In this document: positions 36,516-45,417 of the stretch, one piece after another | How positions within the stretch are numbered: the first letter of the stretch is position 1 | Layout of the letters: each line of letters starts with the position of its first letter | Assembly (NCBI GenBank): GCA_050331415.1 | Contig: JBHJGW010000106.1 | Coordinates: forward strand, 1-47,840 | Length of the DNA stretch: 47,840 bases | Direction of reading: 5' to 3' | Source: Opitutales bacterium | Lineage (GTDB): Bacteria; Verrucomicrobiota; Verrucomicrobiia; Opitutales; Cerasicoccaceae | Position numbers and translations under genes: made by a program | The notes under the pieces: model-generated | Told to the model about the DNA's origin: nothing | What the model saw: the letters and a program-made list of their open reading frames with translations, nothing else | Database searches by the model: none

Positions 36516-37550
36516 ATGGGTGACCCCTGGCAACGCATCGCGCCCTACGTCGATCGTCTGCGGCCCTATACACGCCGCCTCGCCCCACTTGGTCGGGCCT
36601 GGTCTGCGGGGCGGCGGTTTTACCGCAATTCGCCGCTCACGCGCTACCTGCTGCGGCGTTTCGGGCAATCACTGATCGTGCTTTGGGTCGCGGTCACGCT
36701 GACTTTCGTGCTGGTAAAATCGTCGCCTGGCGACCCTTTTGCCGGCGAGCGCAACGTGCCGGAACACGTCCGCGAGCGGCTCGAGGAAGCTTACGGCCTG
36801 GACCGCCCTCCGCTCGAGCAGTACTTTCACTACCTCGGCAATCTGCTGCAGGGCGACCTCGGTCCGTCGTACCGGGAGACGCGCACGGTCAACGAAATCT
36901 TGGCCGACCACCTGCCGGTTTCTTTGGAACTCGGGGCGTGGTCACTGCTGGTGGCGGTCTGCCTGGGAGTACCGGCGGGCACGCTTGCCGCCCTGCGCTC
37001 GAACAGCCCTACGGACTACGCGACGATGGGAGCGGCGATGGTCGGACTCTGCTTGCCCACGTTCGTCATTGGCCCCTCTCTGGCGTTGATCTTCGGCGTC
37101 TGGCTAGGCTGGCTGCCGGTGACCGGTTGGTTCGAACCGGCCTCGCGCATCCTGCCCGCGATCAGCCTCGGACTGGTCTACGCGGCTATCCTGGCGCGCG
37201 TCACACGCGGCGGCATGCTCGAAGTTTTAAGGCAAAACTACCTGACTACCGCCCGCGCCAAGGGCCTGCCCCCCTGGACGATTTTGTGGAAACACACCCT
37301 TCGCGGCGGCCTGTTGCCGACGGTTTCTGTTCTCGGCCCCGTGCTCGCCGGTATTTTGAGCGGCTCCTTTGTCATCGAAACCGTTTTTCAGATCCCGGGC
37401 ATGGGGCGCTATTTTGTCCAAAGCGTGTTCAACCGTGATTACCTGCTAATCCTCGGGACCGTGATCCTGTACTCAAGCCTCATCACGGCAGCAAACCTGA
37501 CTGTTGATATCGTCATCGGCCTGCTCGACCCTCGGGTCCGGACCAAGTAG
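36516..37550 (+). CDS. ABC transporter permease (OppB/DppB-like)
   Basis: Conserved N-terminal helix LIVLWVAVTLTFVLVKSSPGDPF. EAA-like loop ARAKGLP. Confidence 0.8.
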   Translation: MGDPWQRIAPYVDRLRPYTRRLAPLGRAWSAGRRFYRNSPLTRYLLRRFGQSLIVLWVAVTLTFVLVKSSPGDPFAGERNVPEHVRERLEEAYGLDRPPLEQYFHYLGNLLQGDLGPSYRETRTVNEILADHLPVSLELGAWSLLVAVCLGVPAGTLAALRSNSPTDYATMGAAMVGLCLPTFVIGPSLALIFGVWLGWLPVTGWFEPASRILPAISLGLVYAAILARVTRGGMLEVLRQNYLTTARAKGLPPWTILWKHTLRGGLLPTVSVLGPVLAGILSGSFVIETVFQIPGMGRYFVQSVFNRDYLLILGTVILYSSLITAANLTVDIVIGLLDPRVRTK

Positions 37551-37607
37551 TTCGTTTCCGGAACTCCGAACCTCCGCCCAGCGCCTTTTCCACCTCGCCT
37601 TTCAACC

Positions 37608-38507
37608 ATGTCCTCACCCGCCCAAAAGGAAGCCACGGCTCCCTCCGATCCAAGCCTCGAAGTCGGCACTTCGCTGTGGCAGGAGGCCCTACGGCGCTTG
37701 CGGCAAAACCGTGCGGCGGTAGTGAGCTTCTGGATTCTGGTCGGCATCGTCGCTTTTTGCCTGATCGCACCTGTACTAAGCCCGTACGACACGGTGGAAG
37801 CGGCGGGCGGCATCGCCGAGGGCCCGAGTTGGAGCAACTGGTTCGGAACCGACGATCAGGAGCGCGACCTTCTGACCCGCGTAGCTGTGGGCGGGCGCAT
37901 CTCATTGGCGGTTGGCCTCGTAGCGACCCTTGTGGCTCTGTTCATCGGCGTCACCTACGGCGCTCTGGCGGGCTACCTGGGTGGTGCGACGAGCTCGGTA
38001 ATGATGCGCATCGTCGATGTCCTCTACGCCCTGCCCTTCACCATTCTGGTAATCCTGCTGATGACGATGTTCGAGCGGAATTTTCTGCTCCTGTTTGCCG
38101 CGATCGGGGCCGTGGAATGGCTGACCATGGCGCGGATCGTCTACGGGCAGGTGCGTTCGCTGAAACAGCAGGAGTTTGTCGAAGCAGCGGTCGCCCTCGG
38201 GCTGCCACTGCACCTGATCGTCTGGCGGCATTTGCTGCCGAATGTGCTCGGGGTAGTCGTTGTTTACGCAACACTGACCGTCCCGGCGGTGATGCTGCTA
38301 GAGAGCTTCCTGAGCTTCCTCGGGCTGGGTGTGCCGCCTCCTATGCCCTCTTGGGGTGACCTTATCAAAAACGGAGCGGAAAATATGACCCTGTACCCGC
38401 ATCTCCTCGTTATCCCGGCACTGTTTTTCTCGGTTACGCTGTTTTGTCTGAATTTTCTCGGAGATGGCCTGCGCGATGCGCTCGACCCGAAAGCCGGACG
38501 CGACTGA
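37608..38507 (+). CDS. ABC transporter permease (OppC/DppC-like)
   Basis: Six TM helices. ALGLPLHLIVWRHLLPN motif. C-terminal FLGDGLRDALDPK. Confidence 0.85.
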   Translation: MSSPAQKEATAPSDPSLEVGTSLWQEALRRLRQNRAAVVSFWILVGIVAFCLIAPVLSPYDTVEAAGGIAEGPSWSNWFGTDDQERDLLTRVAVGGRISLAVGLVATLVALFIGVTYGALAGYLGGATSSVMMRIVDVLYALPFTILVILLMTMFERNFLLLFAAIGAVEWLTMARIVYGQVRSLKQQEFVEAAVALGLPLHLIVWRHLLPNVLGVVVVYATLTVPAVMLLESFLSFLGLGVPPPMPSWGDLIKNGAENMTLYPHLLVIPALFFSVTLFCLNFLGDGLRDALDPKAGRD

Positions 38508-38566
38508 CGCCAAGCCGGAGAGTTCCGCTTGCGGTGCCAGCTTTCGATCGTCACCGTGACAGAGCT

Positions 38567-39043
38567 ATGAACCACTCCGAAGACTCGCCAGCTCAAGATT
38601 CGGCAAGCCCTGAAAGCGACGCAACCACCTCGCAAATTTCCTCAACGGAGGCGAATGCCTCAAGGGAAGAATCCCCCGGCGAACAGCGATCGCCGGAAAG
38701 GCCAGCGAAGGCGGATAACGTGGGACGCACATACGCGATTGCCGGTACCGTCGGCTTTTTCGGTTTTCTGATCGTCCTGATTGGCGGCTCCTACGCTAAC
38801 CACGACCTGGAGGCGGTACCAGAGTGGCTGGCTCTCGTGGCGCTGGCGCAGTTTGTCTGCCTAATCCTGATGGCATTTGCGCTGGTCGGGCACAAGGTAC
38901 GCTCCACCTGGTTTTTTTGGTCCTGTACCGCCGCTTCGGCCGTTTGCCTGGTGTTTGGACTGCGCGCACCCCTGTGGTTCATTGCCAGCCTTTGCGGGAT
39001 TGCGTATCTGATGCGTTACCGGCGGGAATTTTTTGGCACCTAA
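38567..39043 (+). CDS. Hypothetical polytopic membrane protein
   Basis: Start at MNHSEDSP. Acidic/Ser-rich N-terminus, then four hydrophobic helices. Follows the permease genes where Opp ATPase genes would normally be. Confidence 0.45.
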   Translation: MNHSEDSPAQDSASPESDATTSQISSTEANASREESPGEQRSPERPAKADNVGRTYAIAGTVGFFGFLIVLIGGSYANHDLEAVPEWLALVALAQFVCLILMAFALVGHKVRSTWFFWSCTAASAVCLVFGLRAPLWFIASLCGIAYLMRYRREFFGT

Positions 39044-39071
39044 AAAGCGGCGCCCCTGAAAGGGACGCCGC
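39041..39071 (-). terminator. Intrinsic terminator for the fasciclin gene (hairpin plus U-tract in minus sense); overlaps the stop of the plus-strand membrane protein gene
   Basis: GCGGCGCCCC-tgaaa-GGGaCGCCGC stem, followed in minus sense by UUUUUA. Confidence 0.5.
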
Positions 39072-39079
39072 TGCAAAAT

Positions 39080-39119
39080 CGTTGAGTCTGTTTACTCGGC
39101 GTTGAGTCTGTTTACTCGG
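39080..39119. repeat. Perfect 20-bp tandem duplication (CGTTGAGTCTGTTTACTCGG x2) spanning the fasciclin gene stop codon
   Basis: Read directly: 39080-39099 equals 39100-39119. Confidence 0.9.
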
Positions 39120-39642
39120 AGTCCGGCAAGATCACCGCGTTAATGACGTGGATGACGCCATTACTTGCCATAATGTCGGTTTTTACTACCTTAGCATTGT
39201 CGACTTTTACGGTCCCGTAGCTCGTGGTGATGTCGATCGAGTCACCTTCAAGGGTTGGTGCTTCACCCGGACTAACGTCCGCCGCCATGACTTTCGCCGG
39301 GACGACGTGGTACTTGAGGATAGCTTGGAGCTGCTCTTTGTTTTCCGGCTTCAGGAGCATATCAAGCGTTCCCTCGGGGAGTGCAGCAAATGCTTCGTCG
39401 GTCGGCGCGAAGACAGTGAACGGACCTTCGCCCTTTAGAGCCTCGACCAGTCCGGCAGCCTTTACGGCAGCGACGAGCGTGCTAAAGCCTTCGGTCTCCA
39501 TCGCTACGTCAACGATGTCCCCCTTTTTCGACATCTTGTCGTGATCGTGGCTTCCTTCGTGGTGAGCTGCCTGAACGGCGAGCGGGCTTGTCAGCAGAGC
39601 AAGGCTTGCAAGAACAGTGGAGATAATGGGTAGGTTTTTCAT
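39112..39642 (-). CDS. Fasciclin (FAS1) domain exported protein with a His-rich N-terminal segment
   Basis: Signal peptide. [14 protein letters not shown]1 motifs: [27 protein letters not shown]. Confidence 0.85.
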   Translation of the reverse strand: MKNLPIISTVLASLALLTSPLAVQAAHHEGSHDHDKMSKKGDIVDVAMETEGFSTLVAAVKAAGLVEALKGEGPFTVFAPTDEAFAALPEGTLDMLLKPENKEQLQAILKYHVVPAKVMAADVSPGEAPTLEGDSIDITTSYGTVKVDNAKVVKTDIMASNGVIHVINAVILPDSE

Positions 39643-39758
39643 GAATATGGATGGTTGAGGTTACGACTTCAGGATATCGTATTTTTCAGATTTCCAAAAT
39701 GATTTTGGCATTTTGCCCGCGAGCCCGCTCTGACAACGTCTTGCAGCAGCCAAAAAAA

Positions 39759-41468
39759 TCAGTCCCATGCCCCAAGCAGGCACCAGTTCCCGGTCTCCTG
39801 CCGCAGGCGGAAGCAGCCTTGGGCGGGCAGTTCGACATCCCATTCGGTGGCGTGCCATGGGTCGCCCGTCCACCAGTCACCCGAAGTTTCAAAAGGACCC
39901 CGCGCGGCAATCACCCGACCGGTAGCCGCCAGCGACTCAACCTGTTCGGGCACCGGCGGCGCTGCCTCGGTGAAATTGCGGGCGCTCGAGGCCAGCCCCG
40001 GCAACAGCGGTTGCTCCGTCACCGGGCGGCTCAGGCGCACGCGTGCCTCCAGCGGTGGTCGAAACCGTCGCAAAGTTGGCCCGGCAACCACCATCGGTGG
40101 CCCTGCCCGCTCAATGCCCGTGACGGCCGCCGCCGGGCCGCCCCGCCGAAATTGCGCTGGCGGTTCTGCCGGCAACTCCGCCAAGCCCGAAGCATTGTGC
40201 GGCAACGGCTCGCCAGTACCGGTATCCCCAAGTTTCAGTTGCTGGGAAAAGGTTTCCTGATCCGGTGGTTCGGCGTCGAATTGGTCGGTCACGGGCGTCA
40301 GCTCCTCCGGCAGCGCTTCAAGGCGAAAGACATCATCGCGATGAGTGTCACCGACGACCGGACGCCCAAGATTCTCCGGGCCAACAAGGCCGGCGAGTTC
40401 GTCGAGGGTTTCCGCGAGCCGCCAGGGGTTACGGATTTGAGTGTCGAAGAGCCCTGCCTGTCGTGCCGCCGGATCGATGGGGTCGAGCCGCAGCCACACA
40501 CGCGCGATCGGTCCGCCAACGTGCACGCTGTCGAGGTGATGCTGCAACAGCCGGTGCAGCAACTCGGCGTCGGCGGTGGGCTCGGGTAAACGGATGGTGC
40601 GGCGGTAGTCGTCGGCCTCGACGACACGCAACTCCAGCGTGACCGAACGCGCCACTCGAATCGCGCCCTGAAGCTGAGCCGCCAGGCTTTCCAAGGCGCG
40701 CTTAAGCCAGAAAACGAGTGCCTGCAGGTTCTCCAGCGGCTCCTCCGGCTCGTAGGTTTCGGTGAAATCCGGCTGCCACTCCGCGATCTGCAGGGGGCGA
40801 CAGAAGCGACCGTTGAGCTCATCCCAGACGCGCAGTCCATCAGCACCGAGCCGCTCCCCGAGCGCCTGCCGCGGCAGTTTCGCCACCTCCCCCAGGGTCC
40901 GTACACCCCAGCCTTCGAAGATGGGTAGCCAGCGAGGCGGCAGGTCTCCCAAGGCCAGCGGCAATGCCTCGAGCAGCGCCTGGCGGCGTTCGGGTTCGGG
41001 GATGTACTTAACGCGCGCCACCTCTGCCGCCCGGGCCGCGAGCAGCGCCAGTGCCGGCGTCTCCGCAATGCCTGAGCGTGTCGGCAGCCCCTTTGCCTGC
41101 AGCTCCGGGAGCAGCTCCATCAGCGCTTGCGCCGCCTGCTCGACTTGCGCGGGGTGCAGCCTCAGTGTCAGCAGGCCCGGCGCGGTGGGCTCGATCTGCG
41201 GCGTCAACTGCCAGGCGGTAGCCCACAGCAGGCGCGCGGCCTGCCGCTCAGCCGCCGCAGACGGTTGCAACACCCGCAAAGCCGCGCAACGCCCCAGCGC
41301 CTTGGGCAAGGCCATCCCGCCGGCTACTCCCGCCCGCTGTGCAGCAAGGTTCAGCTCGGCAACCTTGTGGTAATCTCCCGCCAGCACCACCGGCGACCCG
41401 AGCGCCTCGGGCGTCAACCGCAGGGCAGCCCGCAGGGAGAAATCGGGCGTCCAAAGCGAAGCGAACAT
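39759..41468 (-). CDS. imuB: ImuB, Y-family-polymerase-like protein of the imuA-imuB(-dnaE2) mutagenesis cassette
   Basis: Starts MFASLWTPDF, like ImuB proteins. Y-family fold without catalytic acidic residues. Long Pro/Ala-rich C-terminal extension. Immediately downstream of an ImuA-like gene. Confidence 0.75.
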   Translation of the reverse strand: MFASLWTPDFSLRAALRLTPEALGSPVVLAGDYHKVAELNLAAQRAGVAGGMALPKALGRCAALRVLQPSAAAERQAARLLWATAWQLTPQIEPTAPGLLTLRLHPAQVEQAAQALMELLPELQAKGLPTRSGIAETPALALLAARAAEVARVKYIPEPERRQALLEALPLALGDLPPRWLPIFEGWGVRTLGEVAKLPRQALGERLGADGLRVWDELNGRFCRPLQIAEWQPDFTETYEPEEPLENLQALVFWLKRALESLAAQLQGAIRVARSVTLELRVVEADDYRRTIRLPEPTADAELLHRLLQHHLDSVHVGGPIARVWLRLDPIDPAARQAGLFDTQIRNPWRLAETLDELAGLVGPENLGRPVVGDTHRDDVFRLEALPEELTPVTDQFDAEPPDQETFSQQLKLGDTGTGEPLPHNASGLAELPAEPPAQFRRGGPAAAVTGIERAGPPMVVAGPTLRRFRPPLEARVRLSRPVTEQPLLPGLASSARNFTEAAPPVPEQVESLAATGRVIAARGPFETSGDWWTGDPWHATEWDVELPAQGCFRLRQETGNWCLLGAWD

Positions 41469-41511
41469 AGAATAGGCAGCGGAGGGAAGACGTCAGGGTG
41501 CCAGCCATGAT

Positions 41512-42201
41512 TTAGCTCGCGGCGTAAGCGACTGTGCGCTCTTCGCCTTGGTTTCCGCCTTCAGCAGTTGCCGCAAAACGCTGGGCAGCTTTGCGGTGCA
41601 GCGCCTGGCGGGGCAACTCGAGCTCGGCAAGGGTCCAGCGAGTGTGGATTTCGTGGCGGGCATCCGCACTCGGCGCGAAGGGGCGGTCCGCAAGGCTCAG
41701 GAACGTGCCACTGCGCTGATGAACGAGCCGCTGCAGGCGGTACCAACTCGTGGCGGCGACGCCTTTGGCGGCCACACCCCGGAAATCCGCCGCAACGAGG
41801 CCGAAGTTGGGGTCGCGCAGCAAGATGTCGAGCGCACGCAGCGCCCGGTGCAGATCCGGACAACGCACCCACAGCAGCGCCTCGGCGGCCCCCGGACTCA
41901 AGGTAGCGGGCTCGAACGTGCGGGCAGGGTCGACCAGCGCGCTGAAGCGCCCTTCCACTCGAGCGCGGCGCAAAAGGCCGTCGAGAAAGGTACTTGCGCC
42001 GGTACTGTTACCGCGCGCGATCCACTCCACCCAGCGTTTGGGTGGCAGCGCAAGTTCGCCCCGGGCAGGAGGTGGCGTCGCCTCGGCCTCAACAAGCAAA
42101 TCCTGCGCGCTGCGCAAAACCGGAACCGGTGCGCGCCCACGGGGCACCGTCACCTCACCGCCCCAAGGCATGCTAATCACCGTTTCGCCCGCTTGCGCCA
42201 T
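41512..42201 (-). CDS. imuA: ImuA (SulA/RecA-fold, inactive) of the mutagenesis cassette
   Basis: 229-aa Ala/Arg-rich protein positioned as the first gene of the cassette. Palindromic operator 40 bp upstream. Assignment by context and size. Confidence 0.65.
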   Translation of the reverse strand: MAQAGETVISMPWGGEVTVPRGRAPVPVLRSAQDLLVEAEATPPPARGELALPPKRWVEWIARGNSTGASTFLDGLLRRARVEGRFSALVDPARTFEPATLSPGAAEALLWVRCPDLHRALRALDILLRDPNFGLVAADFRGVAAKGVAATSWYRLQRLVHQRSGTFLSLADRPFAPSADARHEIHTRWTLAELELPRQALHRKAAQRFAATAEGGNQGEERTVAYAAS

Positions 42202-42240
42202 AACGTGTCAGCCTAGCGAACTTCAGCCGAAACGCAAGAC

Positions 42241-42264
42241 TTAAGTGAAATATTGTTCACTTAA
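42241..42264. promoter_or_regulatory. Perfect 9-6-9 inverted repeat TTAAGTGAA-atattg-TTCACTTAA; candidate LexA (SOS) operator upstream of imuA
   Basis: Exact palindrome read from the sequence, 40-63 bp upstream of the imuA start. Its core GAAA-TATT-GTTC resembles a GAAC-N4-GTTC LexA box. Confidence 0.55.
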
Positions 42265-42333
42265 AAGGGCAGAGATTCCGCCTTTTACGCAGGGTACTCA
42301 CATTACAGACACCGGTTCAGGTGATAGCTGACG

Positions 42334-44322
42334 TTGATGACTTTGCGTTTGCTTTTCCTCGCCGCCTTGGCGCTGCTGACGACGGCCTCCATCGCCCAAA
42401 GCGAAGACGATGCCGATTTTAGCCTGTACGCCCTCGGTAACAGCCTGACCGACGAACTGCGCTACGATGACTTCGTCAAGATGGTCGAAAGTGGCGGTAA
42501 GACGATTCGCCTGGCGCGGCAGACAGTCCCCGGTGCGCCGATTGGCTGGCTTTGGGAAAACAATCTCGAGGGAGGCGGCTTCACCACGCGCCCTTACGGT
42601 CCGCCAAAAAACGCTTTCGAGAACTGGCAGTGGGACGCCATTTCGCTGCAGCCTTTCCAATGGAACTACGATCGCAACATCGTCCACGCGCCCAATTACG
42701 CACGACTGATTTGGGAAACGAGCCCTGAGGCTACCGTCTATATCTACGCGCAGTGGCCCCACAACGCAGGAGGAGACTGGATCGAAAAATGGCGCAGTCC
42801 GCGCACAGAGGAGATCATGTCGCGGGAAGAATATGAAGACCTGACGGCCTACATGCGCGATAACCTCAGCGAAGAGCAGGTGCGCCTGATCCCCGCCGGC
42901 CACGTGATGTACGTGCTGGAGCAGAAGGCGCGCGCCGGGCTCGTCCCAGGCATCGAGTCGATGTGGCAGGCCTACGATGATGGCGTACATGTCAACAACC
43001 TTGGCAACCTCATCGTCACCGCCACTTATTACGCCACAATTTTCGGCGAAGACCCCACGGGCCTGGATTACAGCATGTTTAACGGCGAGCAGGACAAAAT
43101 CGCCATCACGCCGGAGCTTGCCCGCGTGGTGCGCGAGAGTGCCTGGGAGGTCGTCGCCACACACCCGTGGACCGGCGTCAGCAGTGACGCGCCGGTTAAG
43201 GTCGTCACTCCGGCGGTCGATCCGGCCGTCGTGGGCAGTGATTACTCCTGGGAGCTGCTCAGCGCTTTCGGCAAAGCGCCGCATACCTGGCGCCGGGTCA
43301 ACGGCAGCCTGCCCGAGGGCATGGAACTGACTCCCGAAGGCGAGCTTCGCGGAGCAGCTGCCGCCAGCGGAGAATACGCCTTCACCGCAGAGGTTCGTGG
43401 CGCGGACGGCTCGACGGCTCAGCAGCTGTTTACGCTGAAAGTGGTGGAAGATACCGGACCGAAAATCACCTCCCCCGCAGTAATCACGCTGGAGCAAGGC
43501 GCTTTCATCACAGGACAGCTTACAGCAGAATCCACCAATCCGCCCCTGCGGTGGCGCGTCGTCGAGGGTAGCCTTCCGGCGAGCCTCGAGCTCTCCGAAG
43601 CCGGACTGATCAGCGGCGCACCCGGAAAAATTGGCGAGTTCAGGTTCCGTGTGGCTGTCGACGACGGCGACACGACCGATCCGGAGCGAGATTCCCGGGA
43701 GATGACGCTGCAAATCGTGGAGCCTTCGGCGCCAATTTCTTACGCGCGGGCGCTCGTGGGCGAGCCGACTATTGACGGCAGCCTCGAGGGCGACCCGTGG
43801 CAATTTCCGGAAACCCTCGGCAAGACACTTGCCGGACAGCCGGACAACGCCGTGCGGCTCGACTTCGGCTGGCACGGTCAAAACCTTTACATTGCTGTTG
43901 CCGTGCAGGATGACAACGTCATCGCCAACGGTCCCCCCGAGCAGCAGGACCGGGTGAAAATCTATCTCGATGGCCTCAACAACCGGGAGGCCACGTACAA
44001 CTGGGACGATGTTGAGCTGATCTCCTCCGCCGGAGGCCGCACTGAAGGCCGGCGCTTCGGGATCGGCGGTACGGTCGGAAAGATCGATGGCGGCTACCTC
44101 GTCGAAGCTAAGATCGGTTTACGACCCCTCGGACATCAATTCGGTCGCCGCAACGAACCACCTATCGACTGGCGCAGCATCGGCATCGACATCGTAGTCG
44201 AAGACACAGATGCTCCCGGAGCCAGCAAACCCGAAAGCATTCTTGCCTGGCACGGCAGCTTGACGAACAGCGAGGACCCCAGCCAGTTCCGAACAGTCAT
44301 CTTCACTCCGGCTCAAGAGTAG
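42334..44322 (+). CDS. Secreted SGNH/GDSL-type hydrolase with two Ig-like (putative-Ig/dystroglycan-type) domains and a C-terminal CBM9/DOMON-like carbohydrate-binding domain
   Basis: Signal peptide. GNSLTD block-I motif. Two ~90-aa repeats (YSWELLSAFGKAPHTWRRVNGSLPEGMEL… and PPLRWRVVEGSLPASLEL…). C-terminal DGSLEGDPWQ…NLYIAVAVQDDNV. Confidence 0.75.
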   Translation: MMTLRLLFLAALALLTTASIAQSEDDADFSLYALGNSLTDELRYDDFVKMVESGGKTIRLARQTVPGAPIGWLWENNLEGGGFTTRPYGPPKNAFENWQWDAISLQPFQWNYDRNIVHAPNYARLIWETSPEATVYIYAQWPHNAGGDWIEKWRSPRTEEIMSREEYEDLTAYMRDNLSEEQVRLIPAGHVMYVLEQKARAGLVPGIESMWQAYDDGVHVNNLGNLIVTATYYATIFGEDPTGLDYSMFNGEQDKIAITPELARVVRESAWEVVATHPWTGVSSDAPVKVVTPAVDPAVVGSDYSWELLSAFGKAPHTWRRVNGSLPEGMELTPEGELRGAAAASGEYAFTAEVRGADGSTAQQLFTLKVVEDTGPKITSPAVITLEQGAFITGQLTAESTNPPLRWRVVEGSLPASLELSEAGLISGAPGKIGEFRFRVAVDDGDTTDPERDSREMTLQIVEPSAPISYARALVGEPTIDGSLEGDPWQFPETLGKTLAGQPDNAVRLDFGWHGQNLYIAVAVQDDNVIANGPPEQQDRVKIYLDGLNNREATYNWDDVELISSAGGRTEGRRFGIGGTVGKIDGGYLVEAKIGLRPLGHQFGRRNEPPIDWRSIGIDIVVEDTDAPGASKPESILAWHGSLTNSEDPSQFRTVIFTPAQE

Positions 44323-44331
44323 CGGAGGAGT

Positions 44332-44820
44332 TTGATCGCCAGCAACCCGGCCAGTATTGCCGAGAGCGCCCGATTACCCTTCAGCCTCGACCAACATTGC
44401 GAAGGGGATATCCGGTTTTCGCTAACGGTATCAAAAAAAACATGGTTCCATGACGAGGACGACATCGTCGGGCAACAACTCGACATCTTCGCCCCCAGTC
44501 GAAAGGAGCTTCTCGAGCTCCACTTCGACGACCTGAATGCTTCCGTCCGCACAAGATCGCCGGAGATGGATCCGCGGTCGACTTCCTTCGGAATTGACCT
44601 CAAAAACGTCCCCTGGAGCGACCAGCCGCCACCGATCGCAGGAACACGCCCGCCCTTCTCTTGCGACGCCTGTAAGGCCGAGATCGAGCACAAAGCGACA
44701 AGCACCAAAAGCAGTTCGGGAGGCTTTTTTTTCATTTGGTCAAAGTTGTTGCCGGTTTTTCTGCCGACCTTTCAAAACGGGAAAGGTGCCATCTCAGACG
44801 CCGTTGCCCCCCATTTGTAG
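44332..44820 (+). CDS. Hypothetical protein (uncertain; mutually exclusive with the minus-strand ORF 44313-44735)
   Basis: The plus frame has GAC/GAG/CTC/TTC-biased codons (DEDDIVGQQLDIFAPSRKELLELHFDDLN). The opposite-strand ORF has a signal-peptide-like start MKKKPPELLLVLVALCSISALQA but a Ser-rich low-complexity body. Confidence 0.25.
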   Translation: MIASNPASIAESARLPFSLDQHCEGDIRFSLTVSKKTWFHDEDDIVGQQLDIFAPSRKELLELHFDDLNASVRTRSPEMDPRSTSFGIDLKNVPWSDQPPPIAGTRPPFSCDACKAEIEHKATSTKSSSGGFFFIWSKLLPVFLPTFQNGKGAISDAVAPHL

Positions 44821-44851
44821 TGTTGTCAGCCGTCTCCAATGACGCTACTTC

Positions 44852-45343
44852 TTGGCGATGATTTCTAAGAATGGCTTCGTTTGCTGGCTGCTGTGGGCCG
44901 TGGCCCTGCTACCGCTGACCGCCAGCGCGCAGGTACCGGCGGAGCTACGAGCCCTCGAAGAGGCTCTCGGCTGGTTGACACTGGTCGATACCGGCCAATA
45001 CGGCGAATCGCACACGCAGATGTCCCCGCTTTTTCGCAACAGCGTCAAACGCAGTGACTGGATTGCCTCGATGAAGGGGCTGCGCAGGGGCACTGGAGAG
45101 CTGCAGAACCGCGAGGTGCAGGATAGTTTCATCACGCAGGAACTGCCCGATCACCCCCCCGGCACCTATTGCCTCGTCAAGTTTCAGAGCGACTGGGGAG
45201 GAATCGACTACCTTCTGGCGGAGATCGTTATCCTCGAGCTCACGCCGGAGGGATGGCGGACGCTCGGCTACTACGTCAACCCGGCGAACTCCTCACCGGA
45301 AGCGGGTGCCGCTGGCGCCCCGAAGGCGCCTTCGGCACCGTAA
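44852..45343 (+). CDS. Hypothetical secreted protein
   Basis: Signal peptide MISKNGFVCWLLWAVALLPLTASAQ. 163 aa. Globular composition. Confidence 0.55.
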   Translation: MAMISKNGFVCWLLWAVALLPLTASAQVPAELRALEEALGWLTLVDTGQYGESHTQMSPLFRNSVKRSDWIASMKGLRRGTGELQNREVQDSFITQELPDHPPGTYCLVKFQSDWGGIDYLLAEIVILELTPEGWRTLGYYVNPANSSPEAGAAGAPKAPSAP

Positions 45344-45417
45344 ACCGGTTTCCCCCATCGGCAGAAATAGGGGTTGTCTCCCCACGCCTCTCATTGCAAA
45401 CTACTTGCATTAACCTC

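Noticed and set aside
34976-36538. 520-aa minus-strand ORF
   Set aside because: Antisense to the family-5 substrate-binding protein gene.
39651-41068. Plus-strand 312-aa ORF and alternative minus-frame 256-aa ORF within imuB
   Set aside because: Arg/Pro-rich translations typical of wrong-frame or antisense reading of high-GC coding DNA; imuB frame has the recognisable N-terminus.
41548-42216. 222-aa plus-strand ORF
   Set aside because: Antisense to imuA.
42298-43881. 527-aa minus-strand ORF overlapping the SGNH hydrolase gene
   Set aside because: Antisense to a gene with signal peptide and recognisable domains; low-complexity Arg/Gly/Ala composition.
44313-44735. Minus-strand 140-aa ORF with signal-peptide-like N-terminus (MKKKPPELLLVLVALCSISALQA)
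   Set aside because: Not truly rejected but not called: body is Ser-rich low-complexity and the opposite-strand ORF has better codon usage; left as unresolved (see finding).
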